Below are positions 39,272-49,758 of a DNA stretch of 64,000 bases, piece after piece. Location of the stretch: positions 32,001 through 96,000 of the forward strand of contig JAWCCZ010000005.1 of the NCBI GenBank assembly GCA_038861545.1. The letters are read 5' to 3'. Source of the stretch: Thermofilaceae archaeon (GTDB lineage: Archaea > Thermoproteota > Thermoprotei > Thermofilales > Thermofilaceae). A program made the translations under genes and the position numbers. Position 1 is the first letter of the stretch. Every line of letters starts with the position of its first letter. The notes beneath the pieces were generated by a model that was not told the origin of the DNA, made no database searches, and saw only the letters and a list, made by a program, of their open reading frames with translations.

Positions 39272-39908
39272 CCTTTACTGGAGGCCCCATAGTGAGTTTA
39301 ATGTAAACTTTTTCTATATTATGGAGTTTAAATCTCCCCAGAAGGAAGTTAATAACCGCTAAAGCATTCTCTCCTACTTCTTTAGGATCTTGACTTTCGC
39401 TGCCTATTTTACATTGAATTTGAGGTTGATCTCTAACTCTAACTCGTACGGATTTTTTCGCTCTCTCAATCAGTGGTTTTAGATCCACTGTTGAAGGAAC
39501 TGGCTGAGGCATCTTACCTCTGGGTCCTAGATATCTTCCTAAGGACCTACCGACAATTGGCATGAGATCCGATTGCGCTATAAAAATATCATATGTTCTA
39601 GCTATCTTCTTAGCATCTTTTTTACTTGAAGCTGTCTTCTCTAAGACATCCCTTGTTACAACAGCATCAGCACCTGCTTCTCGAGCCTTTAAGGCCATAT
39701 CCCCGTCAGCGATAACTGCAACCTTAGCTAATTTATTAAGTGGAGGATTAGGCAACTGTATGAGTTCTGAAAATCGGTTTTCTGGCTGTTTAAAATCTAC
39801 ATCCTTAAGTTTAACTATTAGCTCGTAGCTTTGAATAAATTTCTTCGACTTCGATAATTCTTTAGCTTTCTTTATAGTTTCAACTAAATCTTCAAATCTA
39901 ATACTCAT
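39264..39908 (-). CDS. rpl1: 50S ribosomal protein L1
   Basis: KFIQSYEL, LGRYLGPRGKMP, KLTMGP. Confidence 0.96.
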   Translation of the reverse strand: MSIRFEDLVETIKKAKELSKSKKFIQSYELIVKLKDVDFKQPENRFSELIQLPNPPLNKLAKVAVIADGDMALKAREAGADAVVTRDVLEKTASSKKDAKKIARTYDIFIAQSDLMPIVGRSLGRYLGPRGKMPQPVPSTVDLKPLIERAKKSVRVRVRDQPQIQCKIGSESQDPKEVGENALAVINFLLGRFKLHNIEKVYIKLTMGPPVKVE

Positions 39909-40417
39909 TTAGATTCACCTCTAATCTCATATTCTAATATTACATGGTCATACATTCCATTTTCCAATCCTTCTAAGAAATCTTTAGGAGCCTTATTTTC
40001 AACTTTAACACCCATACTTTGACAAGTACCAACAACTGTCTTAATGGCATTTTTCAGGGTTTTTGAGCCTATATCGTTCATCTTTAACATCGCTATTTTA
40101 ACTATAGTTTCCAAAGGTAAATTACCCACAAAGGATTTTCCAGCTTGACTGGACCCTTTTTCTGCTTTTAATTCCTTTATTATTAGCGCAGCTGTTGTTG
40201 GTGTTCCTACTTCTACACTAAAAGTTTTCTTTTCGGTATCTACATCTACTTTAACAGGAACCCTCATCCCCGCGAAATCTTTAGTTAATTCATTAATTTT
40301 CTTAACCACCTCTAACACATTAATGCCGAGTGGCCCTAGCGCGGGCCCGATTGGAGGGCCCGCGCTAGCCTTGCCTCCTTCAACTAAAAATTGAAAAGTT
40401 TTAACTTTTACAGACAT
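39905..40417 (-). CDS. rpl11: 50S ribosomal protein L11
   Basis: GGKASAGPPIGPALGPLG, GTCQSMG. Confidence 0.96.
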   Translation of the reverse strand: MSVKVKTFQFLVEGGKASAGPPIGPALGPLGINVLEVVKKINELTKDFAGMRVPVKVDVDTEKKTFSVEVGTPTTAALIIKELKAEKGSSQAGKSFVGNLPLETIVKIAMLKMNDIGSKTLKNAIKTVVGTCQSMGVKVENKAPKDFLEGLENGMYDHVILEYEIRGESK

Positions 40418-40431
40418 TTGATCACCTCAGA

Positions 40432-40857
40432 TTATTTCAAAGGTAGAAACATCGATGACCTAGTAGCTTTTAGCCCTGGCTCACCATGTTCAACCCTCTT
40501 GCACGTAGGTGCAAACTCACCTAGGTAGTGCCCAATCATCTCAGCTCTTATCGTCACCGGTACATACTCCTTACCATTGTGAACCTGAATTGTTACTCCC
40601 ACCATTTCTGGAAGAATCACTAGGTCTCGAACATGCGTTTTTATGACAGGCTGTTTACCAGTTTTATCCTTTATTTCTTTGGCTTTCCGAATCTTTTCCA
40701 TAATTTTCCGGTGACGCTCCTTTAACCCTCTTTTAAGCGTCCTCCTTTGTCTAGATGACAACATGTTCGTTAACTTGTCCAGCGTCAATGCTTGTAATTC
40801 TTCAAACGTTAAACCCCTGTATCGGAATTCCCTCACCGCAGCAACCATATCAATCAC
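40432..40857 (-). CDS. rps19: 30S ribosomal protein S19
   Basis: [21 protein letters not shown]. Confidence 0.96.
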   Translation of the reverse strand: MIDMVAAVREFRYRGLTFEELQALTLDKLTNMLSSRQRRTLKRGLKERHRKIMEKIRKAKEIKDKTGKQPVIKTHVRDLVILPEMVGVTIQVHNGKEYVPVTIRAEMIGHYLGEFAPTCKRVEHGEPGLKATRSSMFLPLK

Positions 40858-40893
40858 CTCAGAGTATTAACATCACTGTTAAAAAATTCACGC

Positions 40894-41637
40894 CTAACCA
40901 CTTGTTCCTCCCCCACCTTTTTTCCTTCCAGTTCTTCTCGAAGCTATATGACCTACTTTTTGCCCCGGTGGAGCATTGCGTGAAACGGGTGTTAGTCCCT
41001 TCGGATGATGCCCCCCACCGGCTGGATGAGCATAGGCACCCATTGCCTTTCCTCTAACAGTTGGATACTTGAAAGATTTAACTTTGGATAAATAGTATGC
41101 TTTACCTGCTTTCAGCATTGGTTTCTCTGTTCTCCCACCACCAGCCACAATGCCGATAGTGGCGCGAGAATGTGAACTTACTTCCTTAACTTTTTTAGAT
41201 GGAAGTTGAATTAAAGTTTTGCCATCCCTATGAGCCAGTACAACCGCATATGTTCCACTTGATCTAGCCAGTTTGCCACCATCTCCAGGGTGTATTTCAA
41301 CATTGCAGACCATACTGCCTTCAGGAATTTTCCCTATGGGGAGTATGCTGCCAACATTAACCGGGGCTTTGGCTCCATAGTATACCACTTGCCCTATCGC
41401 TAGACCCTCGGGGGCTATCATGAGCATTTCCGTGTCATCTTCGAACTTTATGCGAGCTATAGGGTAACCTCTTCCAGAATCATGGAGAAGCTCCTTAACT
41501 GTACCCGCGATGACCTTATCGTAGACTTCCTCGATTCTAAATGGTCTATAGGTTATATCACCTACTTTCTTCCAACTAGGGTTTCGAAATACAGATCCTC
41601 CTCGACCGCGCCTTTGAACTAATAATCGTTTACCCAT
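40894..41637 (-). CDS. rpl2: 50S ribosomal protein L2
   Basis: MGKRLLVQRRGRG, RGKAM..AHP.GGG, PPGQKVG. Confidence 0.97.
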   Translation of the reverse strand: MGKRLLVQRRGRGGSVFRNPSWKKVGDITYRPFRIEEVYDKVIAGTVKELLHDSGRGYPIARIKFEDDTEMLMIAPEGLAIGQVVYYGAKAPVNVGSILPIGKIPEGSMVCNVEIHPGDGGKLARSSGTYAVVLAHRDGKTLIQLPSKKVKEVSSHSRATIGIVAGGGRTEKPMLKAGKAYYLSKVKSFKYPTVRGKAMGAYAHPAGGGHHPKGLTPVSRNAPPGQKVGHIASRRTGRKKGGGGTSG

Positions 41638-41648
41638 GTTAAGTCACC

Positions 41649-41909
41649 TTATAGTACACCCATCCTGCTTAATACATCTACCGCGTTATACTCGGATTTC
41701 AACTTAACATAAGCCTTTTTATCGCCTGTAGAAGTTATCAACGTGCTAACTCTGGCTGCCTTGACTCCAAATAATTTCTCTACTGCTTCCTTTATTTGGT
41801 TTTTATTGACCTCCTTTGCTACTATCAGTGTTAATATATTACTTTTCTCAGCTAGCATTAAGGATTTCTCAGTTACGTGTGGACGTACTATAACTTTAGC
41901 GGGTTCCAT
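41649..41909 (-). CDS. rpl23: 50S ribosomal protein L23
   Basis: PHVTEKS, KKAYVKL. Confidence 0.95.
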   Translation of the reverse strand: MEPAKVIVRPHVTEKSLMLAEKSNILTLIVAKEVNKNQIKEAVEKLFGVKAARVSTLITSTGDKKAYVKLKSEYNAVDVLSRMGVL

Positions 41910-42688
41910 ACTTCCACCTTTTCAAACCTTCTAGCTAATTCATTTATGGCGGAGACCGTGTAAAGGGTTAGCCTTCCTGGCATACCTCCTGGAGCAAGGT
42001 CTACTACATTGAGTAAATTTGCAGTCACAACGTCTACGCCTGGTAACCCACGCGCTGCTAAGGTAATTTCTGCGCTTTCGGATACTACAACTAGTAAACT
42101 TTTTGGAACTTTATATTTTCTCCCCCTCATTTTACCCTTTCCCGCTCTTACTCTTTTATTCTTCGCAGCTCTCTCCACATCTTCCCATAAACCAAGTGCA
42201 ATAAGCGTTTTTCTAACATCTCTAGATTTAGCCAGTTTCTCGAAATCGTCTACGACAACAGGGGGTATCTGCTTTACTGAATTTATTCGATGCCCGCGTG
42301 CTTTGACAAATTCAGGAATAGCTGTAGCTGCGAGAGCTGATATAGTGGCTAATCGCTTTTCTTTTTCATTAACATACTCTTTTATCCTTTTGTCTATCCT
42401 TGGTGGATGTGCCTTTCTGCCCCCTACTGCTTGAGGTACGAAAGCCGCCCTGTTGCTCCCTTTAATACGTGGAACCCTTGCTATTCCATAGCCGACGCCC
42501 CAGCTTATAGCCGTGGTTCGCTTTCCGGCTAGCGGTTCCGTACCTTTCGGCTGTAGTTTGGAAGTTAGGAGCGCGTGCACAGCCCTTCTAATGATATCGA
42601 GCCTTACCGGCGCCGAGAATAACATCGGTAGATAAATGGTGCCAGCAATATTCCCTTCCAAATCGTATACTTTCACTTCGTAACTCAT
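41888..42688 (-). CDS. rpl4: 50S ribosomal protein L4
   Basis: SWGVGYGIARVPR, RAGKGKMRGR, LAPGG.PGRLT. Confidence 0.96.
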   Translation of the reverse strand: MSYEVKVYDLEGNIAGTIYLPMLFSAPVRLDIIRRAVHALLTSKLQPKGTEPLAGKRTTAISWGVGYGIARVPRIKGSNRAAFVPQAVGGRKAHPPRIDKRIKEYVNEKEKRLATISALAATAIPEFVKARGHRINSVKQIPPVVVDDFEKLAKSRDVRKTLIALGLWEDVERAAKNKRVRAGKGKMRGRKYKVPKSLLVVVSESAEITLAARGLPGVDVVTANLLNVVDLAPGGMPGRLTLYTVSAINELARRFEKVEVWNPLKL

Positions 42689-43695
42689 TGGTCCTCACCC
42701 TCCTTTATAGGGCTAGTACTCACATATAGTACCCTTGGTTCTTCTCGGACAACCTTCGGAGGTCTTATTGCAAACCTGATTTTAATCAACCTTTTAGCTG
42801 GCCCTGGTACAGTACCTTCTAGCAGTATGTAACTACTTTTCACAATGCCATAGTGAGGCCATCCCCCATGAGGATTTACATCAGGGTTTGGTTTATTTTC
42901 AACTCTCAGAACCCTTTTGTTATATTCAGTTCGTTGATGAAAACCAAATTGTCCGGATAAAGGCGTTGTAAACATTATTGCTGGTTTCTTAGGACCCACC
43001 GTTCCTATCCTTCTGCTACCTTTTCTATGCTTATGCCATCTAGGCATTTCTTTAACACCAAATCTTTTGATGACTCCTTGGAACCCCTTACCCTTAGTAA
43101 CCGATAATACATCTACGTACTGTCCAGCTGATAGAACTTCACTCACAGTAACCTCTTTGCCTAGAATATTTAATGCATAGGTTAGAGCATCTCTTGGTTT
43201 ACCGCCTACTTTTATTTCTAAGAGTTCTGGCTTCTTTTTACCTAATCCACTGTTACGGGGCTGTGTGGCTGCTAGGATTCTTACTTCATCTATTTTATTA
43301 ACTAATTGATCTATTTCTTTACTTTGTTTATCAAAAATAACCTTTTTCGGTGTTGTAAATACTCTTTCAAGATCCTTGGGTATTTGTTTAGCCCAGATCT
43401 CAGACAAGCTCTTCAGACCGTATGGGGTTTTACTGTATACTCTAATCGCCACCGTGCGGAGAGGAGGGGTTTCTATAACAGTAGCTACCTTTACCACTTC
43501 CTGCCCATGGAAAGGGCTATGGGGATTGTCTTCAATTTTCACTACGTGTAGTACTCCTACTTTATAACCTGCAAAGCCAAGCAACTGAGGTTTCTCGCTT
43601 TCACCCCATCTCCTTATCCTAGCCACAATACTCCGAGCCCTTTTCCTAGGGTAATATGCCATTGATCCACGCCGCGGTCTTCGATGCTTTGCCAT
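42685..43695 (-). CDS. rpl3: 50S ribosomal protein L3
   Basis: PRRGSM..YPRKR, TKGKGFQGVIKRFG, GFHQRTEYNK. Confidence 0.97.
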   Translation of the reverse strand: MAKHRRPRRGSMAYYPRKRARSIVARIRRWGESEKPQLLGFAGYKVGVLHVVKIEDNPHSPFHGQEVVKVATVIETPPLRTVAIRVYSKTPYGLKSLSEIWAKQIPKDLERVFTTPKKVIFDKQSKEIDQLVNKIDEVRILAATQPRNSGLGKKKPELLEIKVGGKPRDALTYALNILGKEVTVSEVLSAGQYVDVLSVTKGKGFQGVIKRFGVKEMPRWHKHRKGSRRIGTVGPKKPAIMFTTPLSGQFGFHQRTEYNKRVLRVENKPNPDVNPHGGWPHYGIVKSSYILLEGTVPGPAKRLIKIRFAIRPPKVVREEPRVLYVSTSPIKEGEDQ

Positions 43696-43734
43696 GTTAA
43701 CTCCCTGCGCTGTAGATGAGCTTTCCTTTTAAAC

Positions 43735-44574
43735 TTATTTTTCCAAAGCATTTAAAATATAATCAAGCACTGCTAGGGTTACCGGTAAGGCTTCCTCCGT
43801 CCTAATAGTGAATACACCTTGTCTTGGAATCAGGTTTACAACGTAATCGAAACACTCATCAATTTTTAATTTCTCCTCAGTAGCTAATTCAAATAATCCT
43901 TTGTCTCGCGTTCCAAAGAAGACGGCTATACCCCTCTTGGCAGAGGCATCGACTACCAATTTACTGGCAATGTCGCTAACTGGTTCGCCTAACCTAGAAG
44001 TTGCTATCTTCACATAGTCCTTGCACATCTCCACAGCGGCATACAAGTTAGCCGTATTAATTACTGTGTACCCCCAATAATAAGGCACAGAACATTTATC
44101 CACAATTTTCATCGGGTTAGTAAGGATAACTGTTACGCGCTCTCCAATTTTAGCTTTGCCTAGAACCTTTACAGGTTCAGAGAAACCTATGTCAACATAA
44201 AGCCACTCGTCAGCTGTGCTTAACACTATCCCTTCTCTGAATTCACAAATGAAACCTTTTCCACTAAATGATGGAGGGTGATGAGGGGATTGTAGCGGAG
44301 GTATCACACCCACGAATCTAAGTGAAAACCCCTTAGGAATAGCTCTGCGTCTAAGGTATTGAGGAGTTTCTGCATATTTTAATACTTCAGACACTGGCGT
44401 GGGAGGTCCGAAAACTAAAACTTCTTCGACTCGAAAAATTGTTAGATAGCGAGCAATGAATCCTATTCTAAATGTACTAAGTCTTCCATCTTCACCTAAG
44501 AATATAGTGGAAGGTATTATTACACGCCTTTTTATCCTTGGCCGAGGAGGAGGGATTCTGGTTTGAACTTTCAT
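43735..44574 (-). CDS. SPOUT-family RNA methyltransferase (DUF171/SPOUT1-like)
   Basis: IFRVEEV, ETPQYLR, G.IPPL, YWGY, P.QG..TIRTEEA; usual position upstream of L3. Start is uncertain (ORF open to 44643). Confidence 0.88.
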   Translation of the reverse strand: MKVQTRIPPPRPRIKRRVIIPSTIFLGEDGRLSTFRIGFIARYLTIFRVEEVLVFGPPTPVSEVLKYAETPQYLRRRAIPKGFSLRFVGVIPPLQSPHHPPSFSGKGFICEFREGIVLSTADEWLYVDIGFSEPVKVLGKAKIGERVTVILTNPMKIVDKCSVPYYWGYTVINTANLYAAVEMCKDYVKIATSRLGEPVSDIASKLVVDASAKRGIAVFFGTRDKGLFELATEEKLKIDECFDYVVNLIPRQGVFTIRTEEALPVTLAVLDYILNALEK

Positions 44575-44623
44575 CTCTTTTAGATAATCCATTTCACCCA
44601 TTATAGGCTCAATCTTTACCCTT

Positions 44624-44740
44624 TCATTTGGATTTTTTCTCAACCCTTGCTTTTTGCTTTTCTTTCTCCTCCTTAACTCCTCCAGCGGATTCTCCTTTAC
44701 CTATATCGAAGAATATAGATGTTCTTTGTCTACCACCCAT
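44624..44740 (-). CDS. Putative 38-aa charged small protein; not in the ORF track
   Basis: MGGRQRTSIFFDIGKGESAGGVKEEKEKQKARVEKKSK*; TTTTTAA box about 25 nt upstream; fills an otherwise empty gap. Confidence 0.5.
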   Translation of the reverse strand: MGGRQRTSIFFDIGKGESAGGVKEEKEKQKARVEKKSK

Positions 44741-44781
44741 ATAAGTAGCTAGAAAAAAGTGGGGTTAAAAAGCTTTTAAGG

Positions 44782-45000
44782 CTAGGTTTCTTCAGCTAAA
44801 CCCCAATATGCTACCTTCCCTCTTTTAATTTCTCTAATTCTGCCTTCTCTGAGAAGCAATCTCAATATATAGAAGGCCTGTGAGTGGCTAATACCTAGCT
44901 CTTTAACTATAGTTGAAGTTGGAGCCTCACCGTGATCCCGTAAAAACCTTAACACTTTATCCTTTCTGTCTATGACTTGAGTGGTCACTCTTCTTGGCAT
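44782..45000 (-). CDS. Small winged-HTH DNA-binding protein
   Basis: PTSTIVKELGISHSQAFYILRLL..EGRI...KRGKVAYW; ATG at 45000. Confidence 0.8.
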   Translation of the reverse strand: MPRRVTTQVIDRKDKVLRFLRDHGEAPTSTIVKELGISHSQAFYILRLLLREGRIREIKRGKVAYWGLAEET

Positions 45001-45122
45001 ATCGTGTCGCGGATAATTAAACGATACGTTAATAACGATTTCTATTAAAGTGAAACTTTCGCACAATCTTCTACAATTAAATAAAAGTAATGCAATTTAT
45101 AGAAATCTATAGAGAATACACG

Positions 45123-46571
45123 TTACCGGCCTAAGATCCTACTTATTGATGGATACATTTCAGTGAGCTGTTCACGTAATAGCAACTGTTGGTATTGAAT
45201 CATTATTCCCACAACTAAAAGTATCCCTATACCTGAACCCAGAGTACCTAAAACATCACTGATCACGGCTATAGCTCCTACCGTTGCACCACTTAATACC
45301 GCAAGTGGCCAAACATAGGTGCTTAGCATTGATTCAAGAATTTTCGAAGATGACCTAAAGCCCGGTATTTGAAGCTCAGCGTTAACTAGTTGTTCAGCCT
45401 GTGCGCTTGGATCCATTCCCGTTGCTGCTACCCATATCAAAGAAAAAATTACACATAACGATATAAACACTAACGCGTAGATGAGAACGTGTAGCGGATC
45501 TTCAAGTAATGACCAAATACCTCTCGGTGTAGTTAGATAATATACTAACGATGGCTTTAGTGGGACAAACTGGCCCTCTGTAGAATTGTATTTAACAAAT
45601 AAATTTAACCAAGAATTCGAATTATCAGGGTTGAATCTACTCCAAACGGCTCTGGCCACTATATATATATTAGCGTAAACAGCTGAGACGAGTATTACTG
45701 GTAGGTTTGAAACATAGAGAAACTTGAGAGGTACCTTTGTCTTTACTCCCCCATAACGCGTGGCTGAAACTGGAATTTCTATTCTCATACTCTCTAAATA
45801 GGTTAGAGCGAATAGTAATGCGATCATAGAAATGAAACCTAACAAATCTGGATAACCCGATCGCCTCGCGACAAGTTGCAATAACAGAGTGTTGTTGCCC
45901 GTCGAAGCATATGTAAAAACTGCATGAAATATTGATGGAATTAAACCTACGAAAAGCCCATCTCCCACAGGTCCCACGGGGGAGAAAACCTCCCAGAACA
46001 CCTGTTGTGCAACTCCTGCAGCTATGAAAAGGCTCACAGCACTCCCAATTCCCCAACCTTTTTCTAACATGTCATCCATGAGCATAACAACCAGCGTGGC
46101 TATTACTAACTGTATTAGTACAATAACCTGAGACAGTAATGATAACGTCCCATAGGCACCACCCAAAATATAACCTATGGCTTCAATTACAGCAAAAATT
46201 AACGTTAGGATTTTTTGTGTACCAGCGTAAACTCTTCTGCCTTCCCTTGCTGATATATCCAGCTCTATAAGCCCGCTGCCGACTAGAAGCTGCCAGATGA
46301 TACCTGCTGTGACTAATGGGCCAATACCCAGCTCCATCAGTGTACCCCTACGCGATGCCATAACTACTTGAAACAAAAGGAGCGGTTGGTACCCTTGCTC
46401 ACTCCAGTGTATTCCATATAAAGGAACTTGACTCATCGCCAAATAGAGCACTAATATCAAAGCTGTCCAAAATAGCCTTTCTCCAAGTCTAAGTCTGCGC
46501 GAAGGAGGAGGTGTTTCAGGAATTAATTTAAATAAGGAATTTAAAAAACCCTGAAACATCATATTATCCAC
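45123..46571 (-). CDS. secY: Preprotein translocase subunit SecY
   Basis: GTLMELGIGP.VTAGII, KGWGIGSAVSLFI, KFLYVSNLPVI, QIPGFR, GSGIGILL. Confidence 0.97.
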   Translation of the reverse strand: MDNMMFQGFLNSLFKLIPETPPPSRRLRLGERLFWTALILVLYLAMSQVPLYGIHWSEQGYQPLLLFQVVMASRRGTLMELGIGPLVTAGIIWQLLVGSGLIELDISAREGRRVYAGTQKILTLIFAVIEAIGYILGGAYGTLSLLSQVIVLIQLVIATLVVMLMDDMLEKGWGIGSAVSLFIAAGVAQQVFWEVFSPVGPVGDGLFVGLIPSIFHAVFTYASTGNNTLLLQLVARRSGYPDLLGFISMIALLFALTYLESMRIEIPVSATRYGGVKTKVPLKFLYVSNLPVILVSAVYANIYIVARAVWSRFNPDNSNSWLNLFVKYNSTEGQFVPLKPSLVYYLTTPRGIWSLLEDPLHVLIYALVFISLCVIFSLIWVAATGMDPSAQAEQLVNAELQIPGFRSSSKILESMLSTYVWPLAVLSGATVGAIAVISDVLGTLGSGIGILLVVGIMIQYQQLLLREQLTEMYPSISRILGR

Positions 46572-47013
46572 CTTTTAAGTTAATAAACGATCCGCCGGCT
46601 TCCTCGAGCTTACGTACCGCGTTTTCAGTTGCCTTGAGTGCAAATATAACAAGCGGCTTGGTAACCTTACCCCTACCTCCTACTTTGTTATAGCCGAGCG
46701 TCGATACATCCACGTAGATCTTACCTTCTTCAATTTTAGCTAATCCATGTTTAACTAATTCCTCAGCCATTTCATCAAGTTCACCGACATTTATTATTTT
46801 CCAATTCGGCAAAATAGATAATGGACGGCTAAAACCGTGTTTACCGAACATTTCTTTAGCGTATACCATTACCCAAGTCCATTTATGTTTATGAAACCCC
46901 GCTCTTCCTCTACCGCCCTTTCTTCCACTCCTCCTATGTTGTCCAACCCGTCCCCAGCCGTGTGTTCGGGATCCCCTGTAGTACTTTGATTTTTTCTCTC
47001 TACGCACGACCAC
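46564..47013 (-). CDS. rpl15: 50S ribosomal protein L15
   Basis: RGSRTHGWG, GGRGRAG, GKHGF, KLEEAGG. Likely start is GTG at 47013. Confidence 0.95.
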   Translation of the reverse strand: MVVRREKKSKYYRGSRTHGWGRVGQHRRSGRKGGRGRAGFHKHKWTWVMVYAKEMFGKHGFSRPLSILPNWKIINVGELDEMAEELVKHGLAKIEEGKIYVDVSTLGYNKVGGRGKVTKPLVIFALKATENAVRKLEEAGGSFINLKGG

Positions 47014-47116
47014 GCCGAATCCCCAGTAACCTCTAGCCGTATGTGCATTTATATATTGCTTCACCCTTAACAAACTATTCTCCCAGCAGCAAAATTTAAA
47101 GTATGATAACCTGGTA

Positions 47117-47734
47117 GTGCTGAGTATGGCTTTAATTCAGGAAGAATGGATTCCTAAGACTTTAGCTGGAAAGCTGGTAAAAGAAGGTAGAATAACCAAT
47201 TTAGGCCGCCTCTTTGAGTTAAATCTACCAATTAGAGAAGTTGAAATCGTGGATGCGTTACTTCCAGGACTGAAGCATGAAATACTTTCTGTTAATTTAG
47301 TACAGCGGCAGACAGATGCTGGCGAGGTTAGTCAATTTCAAGTAACAGTGGTGGTGGGTAATGAAAATGGCTACGTCGGTGTAGGAATAGGTAAATCTAG
47401 ACAAATTCGATTAGCAATCGAAAAAGCCGTCCGAAAAGCTAAGTTGAACATAATACCCGTTAGAAGAGGGTGTGGTAGTTGGGAGTGCCTATGCGGAGAA
47501 GAACACTCTATACCTTTTGCAGTCCGAGGTAAAGTTGGAAGCGTAGAAATGGTGTTACTGCCAGCTCCTAAGGGTGTAGGGTTAGTAGCAAGTGATAACG
47601 CAAAGGCTGTCCTTAGAATGGCAGGCGTAAAAGACGCGTGGACCAGATCAAGGGGAGAAACTAGGACTAGTCATAATGTAGCTAAAGCTGTAATGGAGGC
47701 TTTAAAACAAACCTATAAGTTACGGGTTGAGTGA
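47117..47734 (+). CDS. rps5: 30S ribosomal protein S5
   Basis: WIPKT..GKLVKEG, QTDAG, RRGCGSWEC, PAPKGVGL. Confidence 0.97.
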   Translation: MLSMALIQEEWIPKTLAGKLVKEGRITNLGRLFELNLPIREVEIVDALLPGLKHEILSVNLVQRQTDAGEVSQFQVTVVVGNENGYVGVGIGKSRQIRLAIEKAVRKAKLNIIPVRRGCGSWECLCGEEHSIPFAVRGKVGSVEMVLLPAPKGVGLVASDNAKAVLRMAGVKDAWTRSRGETRTSHNVAKAVMEALKQTYKLRVE

Positions 47735-48207
47735 GTACTATGTCTCTGCTAGCTGTTATATTGATCAGAAGCCCGACGGATAGAAGACCGGAAGAACGAA
47801 AAACGCTGGAGTTACTTAAGCTTAATAAGAAGTTTAACTGCGTTATAGTCCCAGATACACTCTCGATAAGAGGAATGCTAAAAGTTCTCGAAAACGTGGT
47901 GACTTACGGTGAAATCGATAAGAACATATTAGTAGCTCTAATAGAGAAAAGAGGCCGTTTGGATGGCAATAAAAAAATACAGTCCGATTATTTGAAAAAA
48001 TTGGGATATGATAATTTTGAAAAATTAGCTGAGGCACTATTATCAGGGACTGCTAGCTTAGATAAACTTCCTAGCTTTAAGCCTGTATTTAGACTACATC
48101 CTCCTAAAGGAGGATTCAAAAGAACTATCAAAAAGCATTACAACGATGGAGGGGAACTGGGATATAGGGGATATAAAATCAATGAATTACTACTTACTAT
48201 GATCTAA
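47731..48207 (+). CDS. rpl30: 50S ribosomal protein L30
   Basis: TLELLKL, VTYGEI, FRLHPPKGGF, GELGYRG..INELL. Confidence 0.96.
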   Translation: MSTMSLLAVILIRSPTDRRPEERKTLELLKLNKKFNCVIVPDTLSIRGMLKVLENVVTYGEIDKNILVALIEKRGRLDGNKKIQSDYLKKLGYDNFEKLAEALLSGTASLDKLPSFKPVFRLHPPKGGFKRTIKKHYNDGGELGYRGYKINELLLTMI

Positions 48208-48258
48208 TATCCTTTCCTTTAGTAAAATTCTAAAGTTCAGAATTAAATGATAAGAACT

Positions 48259-48849
48259 TCATGAACTACTTTGTATCCTCCGAACCGTTTCTTCGAAATG
48301 GCTCGGTATGTTAACCGGATCTAAACCACGTTTGAAGTAATCTGAGAGAATCGACACTTTCCTCGTAGAGCTTTGTAGCATTTTTGCGTATTCTGCTATA
48401 TGGACACCTTTGATTCTATCTTCATCGGGAAAAACTTCCTCGCCGAGCGGTATCAATAGCCCCGCATCTATCGCTCCTTTAGCAGCAGCAAAAACTCTCG
48501 CTCCTTTGATAGCTCTTTTTAATCCAATATCCAGCACTGCCTCCTTGACCCCCCTTTTAAGTGCTCGCCAAGCGGCTAACATACCGACTAAGTAAGCAGC
48601 TGGCAGGTTCTTCGTACCCCCTTTCCACCCAAATTCCTTAACTAACTCTTTTGAATGCGCGGCTACTATAGTAATATCGCCAAAGGGTTTAGCCTCGATA
48701 ACTTGCGCTATAATGTACTTATTTGTAACCCTAACCACAAACCTTGGTTTTCGAGATAAAATCAGTCTCCTTCGCCTATAGTAGTCAGTGACTCCTTCGC
48801 GTCTCCTGCGGAAGGGCACCTTATACCTTCCACTTTTAGCCACTGACAC
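48259..48849 (-). CDS. rpl18: 50S ribosomal protein L18
   Basis: [22 protein letters not shown]. Confidence 0.96.
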   Translation of the reverse strand: MSVAKSGRYKVPFRRRREGVTDYYRRRRLILSRKPRFVVRVTNKYIIAQVIEAKPFGDITIVAAHSKELVKEFGWKGGTKNLPAAYLVGMLAAWRALKRGVKEAVLDIGLKRAIKGARVFAAAKGAIDAGLLIPLGEEVFPDEDRIKGVHIAEYAKMLQSSTRKVSILSDYFKRGLDPVNIPSHFEETVRRIQSSS

Positions 48850-49297
48850 CCCCCTCCTTCAGTAGGCCAATTTCTTTTAAATGCGCCTTTAAGTGGGCAA
48901 CGCTTCTAAATTCACCTCCCTTTACCTGGTTACGTAATCTTCTATAGAGCTTAGAATCTATCAAGCCTTTTTCATGTAAATACTTAAGGTAGCCTCTCTG
49001 TGCCCGAACTCTCTGAACCCAGATCTCTTTTTCTTCAATCCAAGGTCCTTTGTGCCTACCTGAACCCCTTCTACGACCTTTCTTAATCTGTAAACGCTTT
49101 AATCTCCATCTACCCCTGCTAGGAGTCGCTGGCGGTAGCTTGCTTATCACGCCCTCTTTAATTAACCTTCTTATATCCTCTCTGGTAACCGCAGTTTCGG
49201 CTTGTTCGAGTTTCTCAGGATTTATCCAAACTCTAGATTCTCCAACTCCCAGTATACTCGCGGCAATCCTTCTAACAGTTTTTAAAGCTGAAGTCAC
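48836..49297 (-). CDS. rpl19e: 50S ribosomal protein L19e
   Basis: [30 protein letters not shown]. Confidence 0.96.
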   Translation of the reverse strand: MTSALKTVRRIAASILGVGESRVWINPEKLEQAETAVTREDIRRLIKEGVISKLPPATPSRGRWRLKRLQIKKGRRRGSGRHKGPWIEEKEIWVQRVRAQRGYLKYLHEKGLIDSKLYRRLRNQVKGGEFRSVAHLKAHLKEIGLLKEGGVSG

Positions 49298-49342
49298 TAC
49301 TCATCCCTAGAAACCCAGAAACCGCAGTTTTAAAAAATGTTT

Positions 49343-49747
49343 CTAAACAGCTGTATTCAAGCCGGCGTTTGTGATATATAAACCCATTTCTGTAGCCTTG
49401 CTTATGATTATCCCCCGCTTTCTAGCCCCAACTGTAGATGCAATCCTAATTATATGTAGCTTAGGGTCGAGTCCTTCCAGCTCCTCAGGACTATGAACCA
49501 GTACTTCAGTCTTCCCGCTGGGATGTAATCCCCTTGTGGCTCTAGGACTCCTATATCCGGCTTTCACTCGTAGAGGAAAACCTTTACGTTCTAACCTAAT
49601 CTTATTATCAAGGCTTCTACGAGGGCTTCTCCACGAGTCGTTAATTCGAGCTATGCGCCAACTGTTCATTCGAACAAAGTTTGGCTTTCTTCTTTTCATT
49701 TCTGCTCTCAGCTTTATAAGCCTCTTAACGTTTCGATTTATAGACAT
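49343..49747 (-). CDS. rpl32e: 50S ribosomal protein L32e
   Basis: KPNFVR, WRSPR, GYRSP, RGLHPSG. Confidence 0.95.
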   Translation of the reverse strand: MSINRNVKRLIKLRAEMKRRKPNFVRMNSWRIARINDSWRSPRRSLDNKIRLERKGFPLRVKAGYRSPRATRGLHPSGKTEVLVHSPEELEGLDPKLHIIRIASTVGARKRGIIISKATEMGLYITNAGLNTAV

Positions 49748-49758
49748 ACACTAACACC

